The notes under the pieces: model-generated
The model's database searches: none
Seen by the model: only the letters and a program-made list of their open reading frames with translations
Told to the model about the DNA's origin: nothing
Program-made: the position numbers and the translations under genes
Virus record (IMG/VR): IMGVR_UViG_3300018080_000158
Span: 15,580 to 79,579 of that record
Length of the DNA stretch: 64,000 bases
Source: a virus
Reading direction: 5' to 3' (one strand)
In this document: piece by piece, positions 1-9,557 of the stretch
Position numbering within the stretch: position 1 is the stretch's first letter
Layout of the letters: each line of letters starts with the position of its first letter

Positions 1-151
1 AGAACCAAAGCTTTTGAATCTCCCTTGCTACAGGGCTGGGAAGGCTCTTTACTGCATATCGGATAGTGCGGGGTTTGGTCCGGCGGTGCTTCTTGATAGA
101 CTTTTCCTGTTTGTTTGGTTTTGCAATCTTCTTGGCTTTTCCTCTGGCCAT
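1..151 (-). CDS. Basic hypothetical protein, N-terminal part (runs off window start)
   Basis: ATG at 149-151 with GGAGGT RBS; MARGKAKKIAKPNKQEKSIKKHRR... stays open to the window edge. Confidence 0.6.
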   Translation of the reverse strand, partial: MARGKAKKIAKPNKQEKSIKKHRRTKPRTIRYAVKSLPSPVAREIQKLWF

Positions 152-224
152 GATTAATTACCTCCTTATCCCTACAAGTTAGTAAACAGATATGGACATA
201 GTCTAAACTTCATCACCTCCTTAT

Positions 225-629
225 TTAGAAGTATTCAACATGAATCATTAACTCATTGCTTAAGGCTTTGTTGATAAGATCCTCAGTGCCTTTGCTGCTT
301 CCATCCCATAAAGCAATCGCTGCTTCTGCCGATTCTACCATTTCAGAATTGCGTAAAAACCCTGCACTTTTCCCATGAGTATCCCAATCGGCAGGCATCT
401 TAATTACTTCAAGCCCTTTGTCCTTTGCCCACCATTGTCCTACAACATCAGGCCCACGGGCGCAGCCAGAAACAATGTGAGTTACAGATTCAAACCACCA
501 GTCAATTTCTTCTTCTACTATTCTAGTAAGAGTGTTTTTAATAAACCGAACATCTGCCAGGTCGTACTTCCATTTCTCATTCGGATCTGGCCTTACCAAA
601 TTTCTAGTGCCTGCAATTATACACCTCAT
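225..629 (-). CDS. YspA/DUF2493-like SLOG family protein
   Basis: IIAGTR...IVSGCARGPD...PADWDTHGKSAGFLRNSEM...WDGSSKGT motifs; start refined to MRCIIAG with AGGAG RBS. Confidence 0.85.
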   Translation of the reverse strand: MRCIIAGTRNLVRPDPNEKWKYDLADVRFIKNTLTRIVEEEIDWWFESVTHIVSGCARGPDVVGQWWAKDKGLEVIKMPADWDTHGKSAGFLRNSEMVESAEAAIALWDGSSKGTEDLINKALSNELMIHVEYF

Positions 630-633
630 TCTC

Positions 634-816
634 CTATCCTTCCAATGGAGCCCCATAGTTATGGTATGCCTCAATCCAATTACTAAAACCCCTAGCCTTT
701 GCATTTCTGTTCAGCATGTTCAGAATAATAATTTTATTCGACGGATCGTCCTCAACAGGCCAAGGATCTGAACACATTACTAAGTCTAATAATGCTATGA
801 AATCGCAGGTGTCCAT
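634..816 (-). CDS. Hypothetical protein
   Basis: Compact ORF in the operon, RBS upstream. Confidence 0.55.
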   Translation of the reverse strand: MDTCDFIALLDLVMCSDPWPVEDDPSNKIIILNMLNRNAKARGFSNWIEAYHNYGAPLEG

Positions 817-839
817 AAGCTACTTCCTTTCATTATTTA

Positions 840-1064
840 CTAATCTTTATCGTCGTACTCACGAAACCTTTCACATATCAGCTCGGCAATAAAGGAGTAA
901 AACAAATCTTTCCGTTTCTTACTCCAAGCAAGTCCCGCCATATCAGACTCCCACAATTGCTCCATTTCAAGCTTTAAGCCGCAAGTATCCTGGTGCGAGC
1001 ACTCTTCACAGCTCACGCTAAAATTAGGCCGATAACGATCTTTCACATCTGCATCTGGAATCAT
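840..1064 (-). CDS. Hypothetical protein (CxxC...C)
   Basis: Tightly packed ORF. Confidence 0.6.
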   Translation of the reverse strand: MIPDADVKDRYRPNFSVSCEECSHQDTCGLKLEMEQLWESDMAGLAWSKKRKDLFYSFIAELICERFREYDDKD

Positions 1065-1068
1065 TTGT

Positions 1069-1284
1069 CTATCCTTTTTGCTTTGCTTCCTTCTCTTTCT
1101 TCAATCGCTCTGCTTGTTCTAAAGTAAGAGGTTGCAAGGTCAATGCCTTTTTGGTTTTCTTACGAATGAAAAATAGTATTCCATTTAGTTGATATATTTG
1201 ACCCCGTCTAAATCTAGACATTGCCTCTTTTCTGTCAGTAATCCCAATATCTCCCTGCTCGCTAGTAAAAGCCCTTTTCTTCAT
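1069..1284 (-). CDS. Hypothetical basic protein
   Basis: Tightly packed ORF. Confidence 0.6.
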   Translation of the reverse strand: MKKRAFTSEQGDIGITDRKEAMSRFRRGQIYQLNGILFFIRKKTKKALTLQPLTLEQAERLKKEKEAKQKG

Positions 1285-1285
1285 T

Positions 1286-1693
1286 CTATTTCCTTTTGAA
1301 TCTTAACAATCTTGGAGTATTGACAGCAATCATACAATCAGGAGATCTTTTTCGTAGAAATCGCAACAACCGGATAGCATGTATGTCAATTATAATTACT
1401 TCTTTACTGCTTGCTCCCTGCCTTTCAAGGTTTAGCATAACATCCCTCATGGCCCTGCCAGCTTCTGAAGCGGAGATGCCTGACTGTGCCACTGCCTGAA
1501 TAAAATCCATATCAAGCCTTTCTGAGAGGTTTCTCATCGACTCTTCCATTCTTAGAGTAGACTGAAAAACCTCTTGAAAGTTCCTAACTAAAGGATGCAA
1601 ACTACAAGAAAAAGCTCTGGCCAATTGGGAAGTAATTCTTGACAGATCCACACTAATGTCAATAGTTGTTGCTTGAGGCATTACTAATCTCAC
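1286..1693 (-). CDS. Hypothetical protein with two RLLRF motifs near the C-terminus
   Basis: ORF; IRLLRFL and PRLLRFK. Confidence 0.65.
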   Translation of the reverse strand: MRLVMPQATTIDISVDLSRITSQLARAFSCSLHPLVRNFQEVFQSTLRMEESMRNLSERLDMDFIQAVAQSGISASEAGRAMRDVMLNLERQGASSKEVIIIDIHAIRLLRFLRKRSPDCMIAVNTPRLLRFKRK

Positions 1694-1743
1694 CTTCTAC
1701 TTATAAATCGCAAAAGCCTTCGGCCTGTCCTATTGCCTACAAA

Positions 1744-1792
1744 ACCTAACGTCTGCTTCACTTGCACCGCCAAGTACAAGCTCTGGTTATGG
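1744..1792 (-). other. attC-like imperfect palindrome
   Basis: Minus strand CCATAAC-N5-CTTGTACT...AGTGAAG-N5-GTTAGGT, just after the stop codon of the upstream gene; short (49 bp). Confidence 0.35.
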
Positions 1793-1802
1793 CCGGTTCT
1801 TA

Positions 1803-2246
1803 TTATTCTTCGATTTGCGGCACGGTAAACCCTCGCAAAATTGACGGAATTTTCAAAAGTTCTTCTGTCGCCAAATCTCCAGCAGATCGGCCATCCGGTA
1901 AAGACAGATATTCAAAAAACGCTTTCCGAGCCCCCTTGATGGTAGCACTGAGACATTTCGCTTTTACATCGTGATACAATAGGGTGGCCGCCTGCCTTCT
2001 TGCAGCTAACTGATCCTTTTCGTTTTTGATTGGAAGCACAGGCCACACAATTTTGAATTGATCTCCACCTATTTGAAAAATCATCAGATATGCAGAGGTT
2101 CCCAATGACGGGTCTTTTCCGAAGGCATGAGTCAAAACCGTACCGCCCAATACTTCGATTTGGTCACTAGCCCTATCAAGCCATTTCTCAGGTTGCGATG
2201 TACTTGTTTTCCAGTAATTTATTTTTTCGGCCTGTGGTAGTTTCAT
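1803..2246 (-). CDS. Phage hypothetical protein
   Basis: Likely start MKLPQAEKINYWKTS; globular, ends ...RRQAATLLYHDVKAK...YLSLPDG. Confidence 0.7.
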   Translation of the reverse strand: MKLPQAEKINYWKTSTSQPEKWLDRASDQIEVLGGTVLTHAFGKDPSLGTSAYLMIFQIGGDQFKIVWPVLPIKNEKDQLAARRQAATLLYHDVKAKCLSATIKGARKAFFEYLSLPDGRSAGDLATEELLKIPSILRGFTVPQIEE

Positions 2247-2520
2247 ATAAAAGCCATAACTGAGAATGTAAGCTCCTACGACTATAATCCTCAGTAGTAG
2301 TAGTGGAGGTAATAGTAATAGACATATCGTTGTTATACAACAGACGAGACACAGTATCCCGCAACTCTCGCTGACCAGATCCAACAGTGCGTATGATATT
2401 TTCTATACGCTTTAACCTGCGCAGTGCCTTTACAATCACTACTCCTAAAATTACTACACAACAGCAGACACAAACAATTAAAGATGCAAGTGGTATTACA
2501 ATCTCCATTTTACAACTCAA
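2188..2520 (-). CDS. Small membrane-anchored hypothetical protein
   Basis: N-terminal hydrophobic segment followed by basic residues. Confidence 0.45.
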   Translation of the reverse strand: MSCKMEIVIPLASLIVCVCCCVVILGVVIVKALRRLKRIENIIRTVGSGQRELRDTVSRLLYNNDMSITITSTTTTEDYSRRSLHSQLWLLYETTTGRKNKLLENKYIAT

Positions 2521-2812
2521 AGAATCCCAAACGATCCTCGTGCGACAATCGCTGCACGTAAATGCAAAGTGCTACAAAGGCTATTTCCATTTCCATATCT
2601 TTTCTCTCTAACATTCCCTCTTTGACAAACGATACTAACTGCTTTCTAAGTTTAAGTAAATTGGAATCTGAGAATTCGCACCAGCCAGGCACTTTGTTTT
2701 TCTTGATCATTTTTTTGGCTTTGTTCTTCAAGTCCTTGGAGCAAATATCCATAATTCTACCAAGCACTCTGCGTTCCTTGGTCCAGTCTCTATGAGCTAT
2801 TTTAGCATTCAT
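2510..2812 (-). CDS. Hypothetical protein
   Basis: Overlapping, translationally coupled ORF. Confidence 0.65.
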   Translation of the reverse strand: MNAKIAHRDWTKERRVLGRIMDICSKDLKNKAKKMIKKNKVPGWCEFSDSNLLKLRKQLVSFVKEGMLERKDMEMEIAFVALCIYVQRLSHEDRLGFFEL

Positions 2813-2993
2813 GCAGTCCCCTCCCCCCTTTTTTAAAAAGTTTTACAACAGTTGAAACGGTTTGTAGCAATCCGCCGTCCACAAATACTTTCTTTAACAG
2901 GCACTGTTCGGTTATTACTATAAGCAGAGCAGGCAATTGCGTAATGGGCCTTTCTTTTATCTCATCTACTAGATCTTCGTATGAAATACTCAT
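2802..2993 (-). CDS. Hypothetical protein
   Basis: Start overlaps the terminase stop codon. Confidence 0.6.
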   Translation of the reverse strand: MSISYEDLVDEIKERPITQLPALLIVITEQCLLKKVFVDGGLLQTVSTVVKLFKKGGRGLHEC

Positions 2994-5092
2994 TAGAAAA
3001 CCGATCCCCTCACAATAGATCCACGAATACTTCTACTTCTGCCAGATCCTTTTCTTGTTTCTCCTGTGAATTTCAACTTTCGTATTTGACGCTTAGTCAA
3101 CGACTCTCCACGAACACGAGCCCTAGATGCTTTTGCTCTTCTCTTATTTCTTGTCTTGCCATAGCTGGCTTCTTTATATTGAAGTATAGTAACAACCCCA
3201 GCCACGCCATCAGATACGTCTTTGCTGCCACCGGCGGGATGATCAACTTTGTCTTTCTTTTCATCCCTCTCAAGTTCTCCCAACTCTGTTGCAAGTAAAC
3301 TATGCCTTGGAAGTAAAATTCTCTCGTCTTTGATGGATTGCTTCACTTCCCCATACGGTACAATCGACGTGTCAACAGACAGAACACCGGATTTTATCTT
3401 TACTCTTTTAAACGCTTGAATCATCATTGCAGATTGCCAAGTGTCCAATGTGGCATACTTGAGGTATAGTATTGATCGTAGCCATAGGACCAAATCCTTG
3501 ATCAAGTTCAAATCTACTTCCCTACCGGCTCTGGCCATAATACCTACAGCCCCATCTATCATATATATGGGCGCTCTCTGATCTGCTACAGACACAAACG
3601 TTTGACTCCTTTGATCGTAGAATTTTGTTTGAGGTAGTAATTTATATCCAAAAATACGTCCAATGCTCACACCAATACGATCTCCTGAAAGAGCCAAGTC
3701 TAAATGCACAGTCATTGGTATAGTCGGATCTTGAATGAACTCTTCAATGTAGTCAAGATCTACAAGCAATTCCCAATCAGGCAAAGTACTGTCAATGAGT
3801 TTATCAAGTACTATCACGCTATGTTTGAATAACTGCTTACCTCCTGTGAACTCTTCATGCTTTACTTGGGCCTTTTCAATCAGATCCTTATAAGGTATAA
3901 AAGGCTTGTCTGAAGCAGAGGCAATACCGGCCAGATCTCTAAGAGCACCATCAGGGTTTCTATCAAAATCCCGCCTGTACTCAATAGGAACTTCAATCAC
4001 ATCTTCCTCGTCGATAGCATCCTCAAGTTTTTTTATGACTCGTGTTTGCTTTATCTCACTTCCTTTCTCTACAAGGAAAACCTTCCCAGAAAATCTATCA
4101 GACGGCAAAGACTCCCAGAGGCTTAAGTTCATGACAAAAATGGAAGGGTCCGTCTTTGCTTCCTCCTTTTTTCGATCTGTAAAATCTCCAGGGTAGTTAG
4201 TAGAAGAAACTAGAAGCAATTTGCCAGGCAAGCTTCCTTTTTGCATAAATCTAGAATTCATACGAGTAATCAAAGCATTGTAACAACGCTCTGCTTGATC
4301 GTATTCAGATTCCCTTGTATACTGAGTCAAGGTTGAATCTTTGACACGAGCCATGAAGTTAAGCTCATCTAAAATACCGCCATAAACATTCATTCCAATA
4401 GCAGCAGTATCCTGACCCCCTACAGGCATAACTAGTATTCCTTTTGGAAAGCGAAGCTCTGACTTTACTTTAGGGTCGAAGAAGAAATTGCTTTTGAAAT
4501 AAGGACTCCGTCTTAGTTTATCCGCAAACTGATTGAACGCTACCTTCTTAGCCTGATGCAGGGAAATGGATTGCATGATGAATACAATCGTTGATCCCGG
4601 AGCTAAGTCATATTCAATTTGCGGATTGTGGTAACAGCTCAAAACGTATAGCATGTAAGCCAATGCCAAATCAGCAAAGTAGTTTTTACCGATTCCAATT
4701 GCTCCTGTCAATACTGCTTCCACATAGTGAGAAGACTCAAAGAGTCTTATCAACTCAGACTTAATGGCTGGCCTTATAGAAGCTTTCTGGTCCAAAAATT
4801 GTCTACTTTCAATAAATTCTTCAACATCTACAACCCTGTCAACGCACAGGCCACGCTTTTGAAGTAAATAGCTAGAGTCTCCTGTCTGTATCGCCTGCAA
4901 AAAATTGCCGACGAAGTTTCTAAGATCGTCAAGCCACAAGTGCTGACTCCCATCTGCTTCAAACACGGGGCATGAGGATATAAGGACTTTCCACAGCTCT
5001 TCCTCCTGGTCTTTCAAATTGTACTGTTTGGCAATATGTGCTATTTTCTGAAAAGCCAACTCAGCAGATATTGCCTGCCTCTCTTTAAACAT
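2993..5092 (-). CDS. terL: Terminase large subunit
   Basis: Walker A-like LTGAIGIGKN, Walker B GILDELNF, LLVSS motif III, RNase H-like VHLDLALSGD and C-terminal DHPAGGSKDVSDG. Confidence 0.9.
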   Translation of the reverse strand: MFKERQAISAELAFQKIAHIAKQYNLKDQEEELWKVLISSCPVFEADGSQHLWLDDLRNFVGNFLQAIQTGDSSYLLQKRGLCVDRVVDVEEFIESRQFLDQKASIRPAIKSELIRLFESSHYVEAVLTGAIGIGKNYFADLALAYMLYVLSCYHNPQIEYDLAPGSTIVFIMQSISLHQAKKVAFNQFADKLRRSPYFKSNFFFDPKVKSELRFPKGILVMPVGGQDTAAIGMNVYGGILDELNFMARVKDSTLTQYTRESEYDQAERCYNALITRMNSRFMQKGSLPGKLLLVSSTNYPGDFTDRKKEEAKTDPSIFVMNLSLWESLPSDRFSGKVFLVEKGSEIKQTRVIKKLEDAIDEEDVIEVPIEYRRDFDRNPDGALRDLAGIASASDKPFIPYKDLIEKAQVKHEEFTGGKQLFKHSVIVLDKLIDSTLPDWELLVDLDYIEEFIQDPTIPMTVHLDLALSGDRIGVSIGRIFGYKLLPQTKFYDQRSQTFVSVADQRAPIYMIDGAVGIMARAGREVDLNLIKDLVLWLRSILYLKYATLDTWQSAMMIQAFKRVKIKSGVLSVDTSIVPYGEVKQSIKDERILLPRHSLLATELGELERDEKKDKVDHPAGGSKDVSDGVAGVVTILQYKEASYGKTRNKRRAKASRARVRGESLTKRQIRKLKFTGETRKGSGRSRSIRGSIVRGSVF

Positions 5093-5104
5093 AAGACCGA
5101 CACC

Positions 5105-5881
5105 TCACTTTTTTTGATCAGTCTCGGCCTCTCCTTCCCCTTTACTAGCACTGTAAACTCCATCCTGTCCGAGCATCAGAGGTATTGAACTTGCTTCTAG
5201 ATTTTCGAGCAGGTTAGACGCAAATTGCTTCATTGTATCCCCACGATCTTTTACTACATGCTCTAATACTCCTCCAAACCTATGTTGAAGATGTAATCGT
5301 AACTCTTCTGGTTTAGCGTCCAAAACACCTAACTGTATTTGAAGCTTGACATACTTCTCTATGCCATTGAAGAGAACTTTTACTGCATCGTCAAGATGTA
5401 CTGATACCAGACCTTCCGACTCTTGCTCAAAGGAGTGTTTAATACGCTCCATTTGGATTTGAATAAGGTCGGCCATATACTTCAGACCATCGACCTTATC
5501 CTTTAATCGATTAAGGAATTGTTTGGCTCGTTTTGACTCCTTCTTTTTATCAGGGGATGCATATTTGCCAGTATCTAACTCTCTAAGGGCTTTACTCTTA
5601 AATGCTCGAATAGCCCTTGCCAGCGATTCGGTTTTTGAATTTCTCTTTAGGCCCCAGTCTCTTTTTACTGCAATAGCTATACTATGAGCAGACTGTCCAG
5701 ATTTTAGCCTATAGTAAACCTCACACAGTCTCTTATCGCTTAAGAATCTAAGCCATGTCCCCTTTTTGCCTTTGGGCTGCACTATATCTCTCATCCTTTG
5801 AATTTCAAATGGAGGAGTAAGTTCAACCAGGCCCTTTAGGTCCTTAACTTCTTTTGGCTCTTCCTTTTTCTTTTTCGTCAT
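5105..5881 (-). CDS. Putative terminase small subunit / DNA-binding protein
   Basis: Immediately upstream of terL; helical, with HTH-like N-terminal half and coiled coil. Confidence 0.55.
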   Translation of the reverse strand: MTKKKKEEPKEVKDLKGLVELTPPFEIQRMRDIVQPKGKKGTWLRFLSDKRLCEVYYRLKSGQSAHSIAIAVKRDWGLKRNSKTESLARAIRAFKSKALRELDTGKYASPDKKKESKRAKQFLNRLKDKVDGLKYMADLIQIQMERIKHSFEQESEGLVSVHLDDAVKVLFNGIEKYVKLQIQLGVLDAKPEELRLHLQHRFGGVLEHVVKDRGDTMKQFASNLLENLEASSIPLMLGQDGVYSASKGEGEAETDQKK

Positions 5882-6848
5882 AGTCCCGCTTTCTGATAAT
5901 CCAAGAAACTGTCCTTTGAACTTCAGATCTAATCTCTTTTCTCCACAGTAGTATAGTATCAGACATTAAATTGCTGTTGTAGCTAAGAGCGGTTGCGAGC
6001 CATGGCATCCACCATCTTGACTGAAGAGCCGTTAGGCCATCATCCATAAAAGTGCATTCAAGCAGCCGATTAGGAATGTGCGCTGATTCGGCATGGAACC
6101 AAATCCTCTTGAAATCCCGTTCCGACATTCCTTTATACTTACTCAAATACTTCTTAACAAAAACCCTGTAGGCTAATAAACCAGGCTTAGTATGCAAATC
6201 AAAGACATACCAAGGCAAGTTGACAGTAACAGGGTTTCTAGTTTCTCCTACTCGCTCTCTCCACAGCTTAAGCCCTTTTCTTATGTCCTCATCAATAAGA
6301 TCTTTAGTAATACCTCTAAGAGCCAATAGCAAAATCGTCACGATACAACGCCTTCTGTCGCCAGGCTGTCCTCCATACATGGCCCGTGAGGCTAACAAGT
6401 CAAATGCCTTTTGCTCATATTCTGAAAGCTCACGTATCTTGCCAATATAGTCAGAGATACTTTCACGATCATACTCTATACTATGATTGAGCAATTCCAA
6501 AAGTAACTCATACTCAGAATGAGCAATTTTGGTTTCATTCCCATTGGCAAGATAGAGTTTCAACAGAGCCTCAGCATCCTTGCTTTTAGTGGCCGCCACT
6601 GTCTTGTAGATCATACCTCTCCAAGCAGCTTCGTCTTGAGACCCTAACAATATTAATTCCGAAAGCTCCCCTATCAATTGCCAGGCCTCTTCAGTAACCA
6701 GTATTACTGATCTCCAAAACAGCCAATGGCGATCCTCCTTACTGCGCCAAAGGGTGTTGAAGCAAGTATTCGCCAAGTCAAGATCGCCTCGGCGTATGGC
6801 TTTTTGAATACCGCTTCTGCACCCCCATCTAAAATCGTTGTTAAGCAT
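5844..6848 (-). CDS. MgsA/RarA C-terminal-like helical protein (no ATPase domain)
   Basis: SGIQKAIRRGD and PWYVFDLHT motifs. Confidence 0.55.
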   Translation of the reverse strand: MLNNDFRWGCRSGIQKAIRRGDLDLANTCFNTLWRSKEDRHWLFWRSVILVTEEAWQLIGELSELILLGSQDEAAWRGMIYKTVAATKSKDAEALLKLYLANGNETKIAHSEYELLLELLNHSIEYDRESISDYIGKIRELSEYEQKAFDLLASRAMYGGQPGDRRRCIVTILLLALRGITKDLIDEDIRKGLKLWRERVGETRNPVTVNLPWYVFDLHTKPGLLAYRVFVKKYLSKYKGMSERDFKRIWFHAESAHIPNRLLECTFMDDGLTALQSRWWMPWLATALSYNSNLMSDTILLWRKEIRSEVQRTVSWIIRKRDYDEKEKGRAKRS

Positions 6849-6883
6849 CCTTTATTACTCTCCCTCACCAAGAAACGGAGCAA

Positions 6884-7819
6884 TCAGCTATCAATGCCAA
6901 GAAGGGCGTCCAAGGCTGAAGAGTCTTCCCCTGTCTTTGTCTCTGCCTTTTCTTCAGGCTTTTCTTCCAGCTTTTCTTTAGCCTTACTTTTTGATTTGGC
7001 TTTACTCTTAGCCTTGGACTTTGCTTTTGCCTTGGCCTTGGACTTTGCTTTGCTCTTGGCCTTGCCTTTACCCTTGTCCTTGCCTTTGCTCTCAGAATCT
7101 TCTTTGTCATTGCTTACTGCCAGCTTTACACCATAAGCACTTTCAACGAAAGTGCAAATGTCTTCCAAAGAAGTACGCTCAGGCACTTGGCCCTTTGCCA
7201 TCATCCAATCTTGGCAAATCATGATCATAGCTTCACCGTCGTTTTTGGTTTCACACAGTTTCTTTGCTTCCTCCAAAGCTTCCGCTACAATGGCTCCCTG
7301 TTCTACACCATACGACAGTTTGACTACGATGGAGTCATTACTACTGCTAGATCCCGATCCGCCCCCAGTTTGCTTCTGAATCTTTGCAGACAAATCCCGC
7401 ACTGACAAATCACTAGCCTGCTTCATCCAGGTCTTCCAATTTCGAGCGTTGATTACCTTGCAAAGAGCAGCCACCTTTGTCCATCCCAGCTCAACACACT
7501 TATCTTTGGGCAAGCCAAACTCCTGTACCTTTTCCCAAATCTTCATGATGGAAAAGACTTTAGTATAACTCGTGCCGACTTCTTCCTCGATGTAAGTTTG
7601 AAAGTCTGGGTGCCCGTAATGCTCAATGTGGTAGTTGTTTTTGCGGATCTCTGTGAGAACTTCAGCCAGATTCAAATAGCTCTCTTCAATGGCCCGATTG
7701 GCCTTGATTGCTTCATTGCGCAATTCTTTTGCCCTGGTTTTAGGGTTAGCCTTTACTTTTGCCTTGGCCTTGGACTTTGCTTTTGACTTGGACTTCGTTT
7801 TAGTTTTACTTGCAGCCAT
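6884..7819 (-). CDS. Histone-like Lys/Ala/Ser-rich DNA-binding protein with DUF3102-like core
   Basis: KSKAKAK repeats at both ends; central LAEVLTEIR...F.TYIEEE.G helix motif. Confidence 0.6.
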   Translation of the reverse strand: MAASKTKTKSKSKAKSKAKAKVKANPKTRAKELRNEAIKANRAIEESYLNLAEVLTEIRKNNYHIEHYGHPDFQTYIEEEVGTSYTKVFSIMKIWEKVQEFGLPKDKCVELGWTKVAALCKVINARNWKTWMKQASDLSVRDLSAKIQKQTGGGSGSSSSNDSIVVKLSYGVEQGAIVAEALEEAKKLCETKNDGEAMIMICQDWMMAKGQVPERTSLEDICTFVESAYGVKLAVSNDKEDSESKGKDKGKGKAKSKAKSKAKAKAKSKAKSKAKSKSKAKEKLEEKPEEKAETKTGEDSSALDALLGIDS

Positions 7820-7848
7820 TCTACACCTCCATTAGATAGTTTGTTTGA

Positions 7849-9468
7849 TCATTTCTTCTTTTTGGATATCTTAAGCAGCCTAGTATTGCTACCCTTCCCT
7901 CCTTTCGCTTTAGACTTATTGTTATCATAGCTTACACTTCTAGCCTTACTGTCAGCCCATTTTCGTATTGCTTCCAATTCATCTGAATCTCTCTTAGCTT
8001 GCGGGACAAGATTATCCATTGCATTTAATATATGCTTGTCTTCAAATTCCTTATGGTCAGAAAACGCCATATACATTGCTTCATCAATAACGTACTCAAT
8101 TTCAGCCCCAGTGAAGTCAACAGCCCTTTTTGATAGCATTTCAATCTTATAGTCTTTAGGATCTCTGTTTCTCTTTGCTATATGTATGGAGAAAATATCC
8201 TTCCGCTCGTTTGCTTTGGGCAAATCTGTAGCCCACACTTGATCCATACGACCGGGCCTATAAACCATACTAGGCAAGGTAGACACATCATTACTAGTAG
8301 CTACCAGCAAGACCGGAAATTCTGTCTCTTGTCTCCAAGTAAGAATAGTACTTACAACACGAGCAGTAACCCCCCCATCAAGCTCCCCACTGGAGCGCAT
8401 ACCTGCCAGTCCTTTTTCTATTTCATCTATCCACAGAACGCAAGGGCTGACCGCTTCAGCTACCTTTAAAGCCATTCTGGTTGAAGCCTCACTTTCTCCG
8501 ACCAAGCTCCTGTAGACCTTCCCCATATCCCATCGGAGCAAAGGAAGGCCCAGGTAATTACTCACACACTTAGCAGCGAGCGATTTTCCTGTTCCTGCAA
8601 AGCCGACAATAAGAATTCCTTTTGGGTAACGAAGCCCGTATTGCCTGGCCTCTTCTGTGAAAGCTCTTTTGCGTTTGCTCAGCCAATCTTTCATAGCATC
8701 ATACCCACCAAGATTGTCAATGGTCTCTTGATTTGGAAAGAACTCAAGGACATCTGATTTTCTAACTTCTTGCTCCTTTTGTTTTTGAATCACTGAAAGA
8801 TTGACCTCACGAGCACTGACCAAAGAAAGACTCATTGCGTTTTCTGCTCCCATAGAGTCAAGACCCACAGCAGCATTGGCAGCACTTTTGATTAGCTCCT
8901 CTTTGTCTTTTTTGTCGTTAGGCAAGGAAACTTCATTAGAGTAATACTCAACCATTGCAGTATAAATGTCTTCAATGTTTTGACGGGACGGCAGGGGGAA
9001 GTCTATAAACGTGACAAAATTTTTCAGCTCTAAGGGAAGCTCGCAGTGAGGCCCAACAACTACTAAATGGCATCCTTGCGCTTTAGCTGCAATAGAGGAG
9101 TCGATTACAGTTTGTATCAAATTTGGATCTTCAATAAACTGTCTAAGGTGATGGAAGACACAAACAATAGGATTGTCTTTCGTTCTTTTCCCTACCATTT
9201 CAATAGCACTTTCAAGGTCAACGGATTCGGATCTTGGAGTAAATCCTTCCTTATCCCACATGGCAGCTTTGCCCAAAACCAAGCCTGTAGTAATTTTCCA
9301 TACGCCAAAATCGTGAGATTCGGCAAGCCCCATATTAACCAAAGCAAGCCGAACAGTCTCTTCAGCCAAGTGAGGCTCAATAGTACGTAAAAACAAACAA
9401 CTGTACCCTGCTTTCAAATAATCCTCAATCTCTTCTGAAATTCCCCTAATCTCTTCAGCCATGGGCAT
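7849..9468 (-). CDS. Ycf46-family AAA+ ATPase
   Basis: Degenerate N-terminal AAA domain; GFAGTGKS Walker A, VLWIDEIEKG Walker B, SLVGESE pore loop, RPGRMD arginine finger. Confidence 0.88.
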   Translation of the reverse strand: MPMAEEIRGISEEIEDYLKAGYSCLFLRTIEPHLAEETVRLALVNMGLAESHDFGVWKITTGLVLGKAAMWDKEGFTPRSESVDLESAIEMVGKRTKDNPIVCVFHHLRQFIEDPNLIQTVIDSSIAAKAQGCHLVVVGPHCELPLELKNFVTFIDFPLPSRQNIEDIYTAMVEYYSNEVSLPNDKKDKEELIKSAANAAVGLDSMGAENAMSLSLVSAREVNLSVIQKQKEQEVRKSDVLEFFPNQETIDNLGGYDAMKDWLSKRKRAFTEEARQYGLRYPKGILIVGFAGTGKSLAAKCVSNYLGLPLLRWDMGKVYRSLVGESEASTRMALKVAEAVSPCVLWIDEIEKGLAGMRSSGELDGGVTARVVSTILTWRQETEFPVLLVATSNDVSTLPSMVYRPGRMDQVWATDLPKANERKDIFSIHIAKRNRDPKDYKIEMLSKRAVDFTGAEIEYVIDEAMYMAFSDHKEFEDKHILNAMDNLVPQAKRDSDELEAIRKWADSKARSVSYDNNKSKAKGGKGSNTRLLKISKKKK

Positions 9469-9502
9469 TTTCCCCTTCCCTATCTATTTTTAAAGAAGTC
9501 TA

Positions 9503-9531
9503 GAAGTACCATAGATATGATCTTTTGTCAA
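9503..9531 (-). promoter_or_regulatory. Sigma70-like promoter upstream of the AAA/terminase operon
   Basis: TTGACA-N17-TACTTC with a TG extension; related to the promoters at 22278 and 31306. Confidence 0.55.
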
Positions 9532-9535
9532 GGCT

Positions 9536-9557
9536 TACTTTCAATCGTCTGAAAGTA
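9536..9557. repeat. Dispersed palindrome copy 1 (TACTTTCA-ATCGTC-TGAAAGTA)
   Basis: Six related copies in the window; this one overlaps the ruvC stop codon. Confidence 0.85.

Noticed and set aside
172-213. 13-codon ORF MKFRLCPYLFTNL with strong GGAGGTG RBS
   Set aside because: Too short to support as a gene without expression or conservation data
6726-7224. Alternative-frame and antisense ORFs over the KAKS repeat
   Set aside because: By-products of low-complexity coding sequence in 6884-7819
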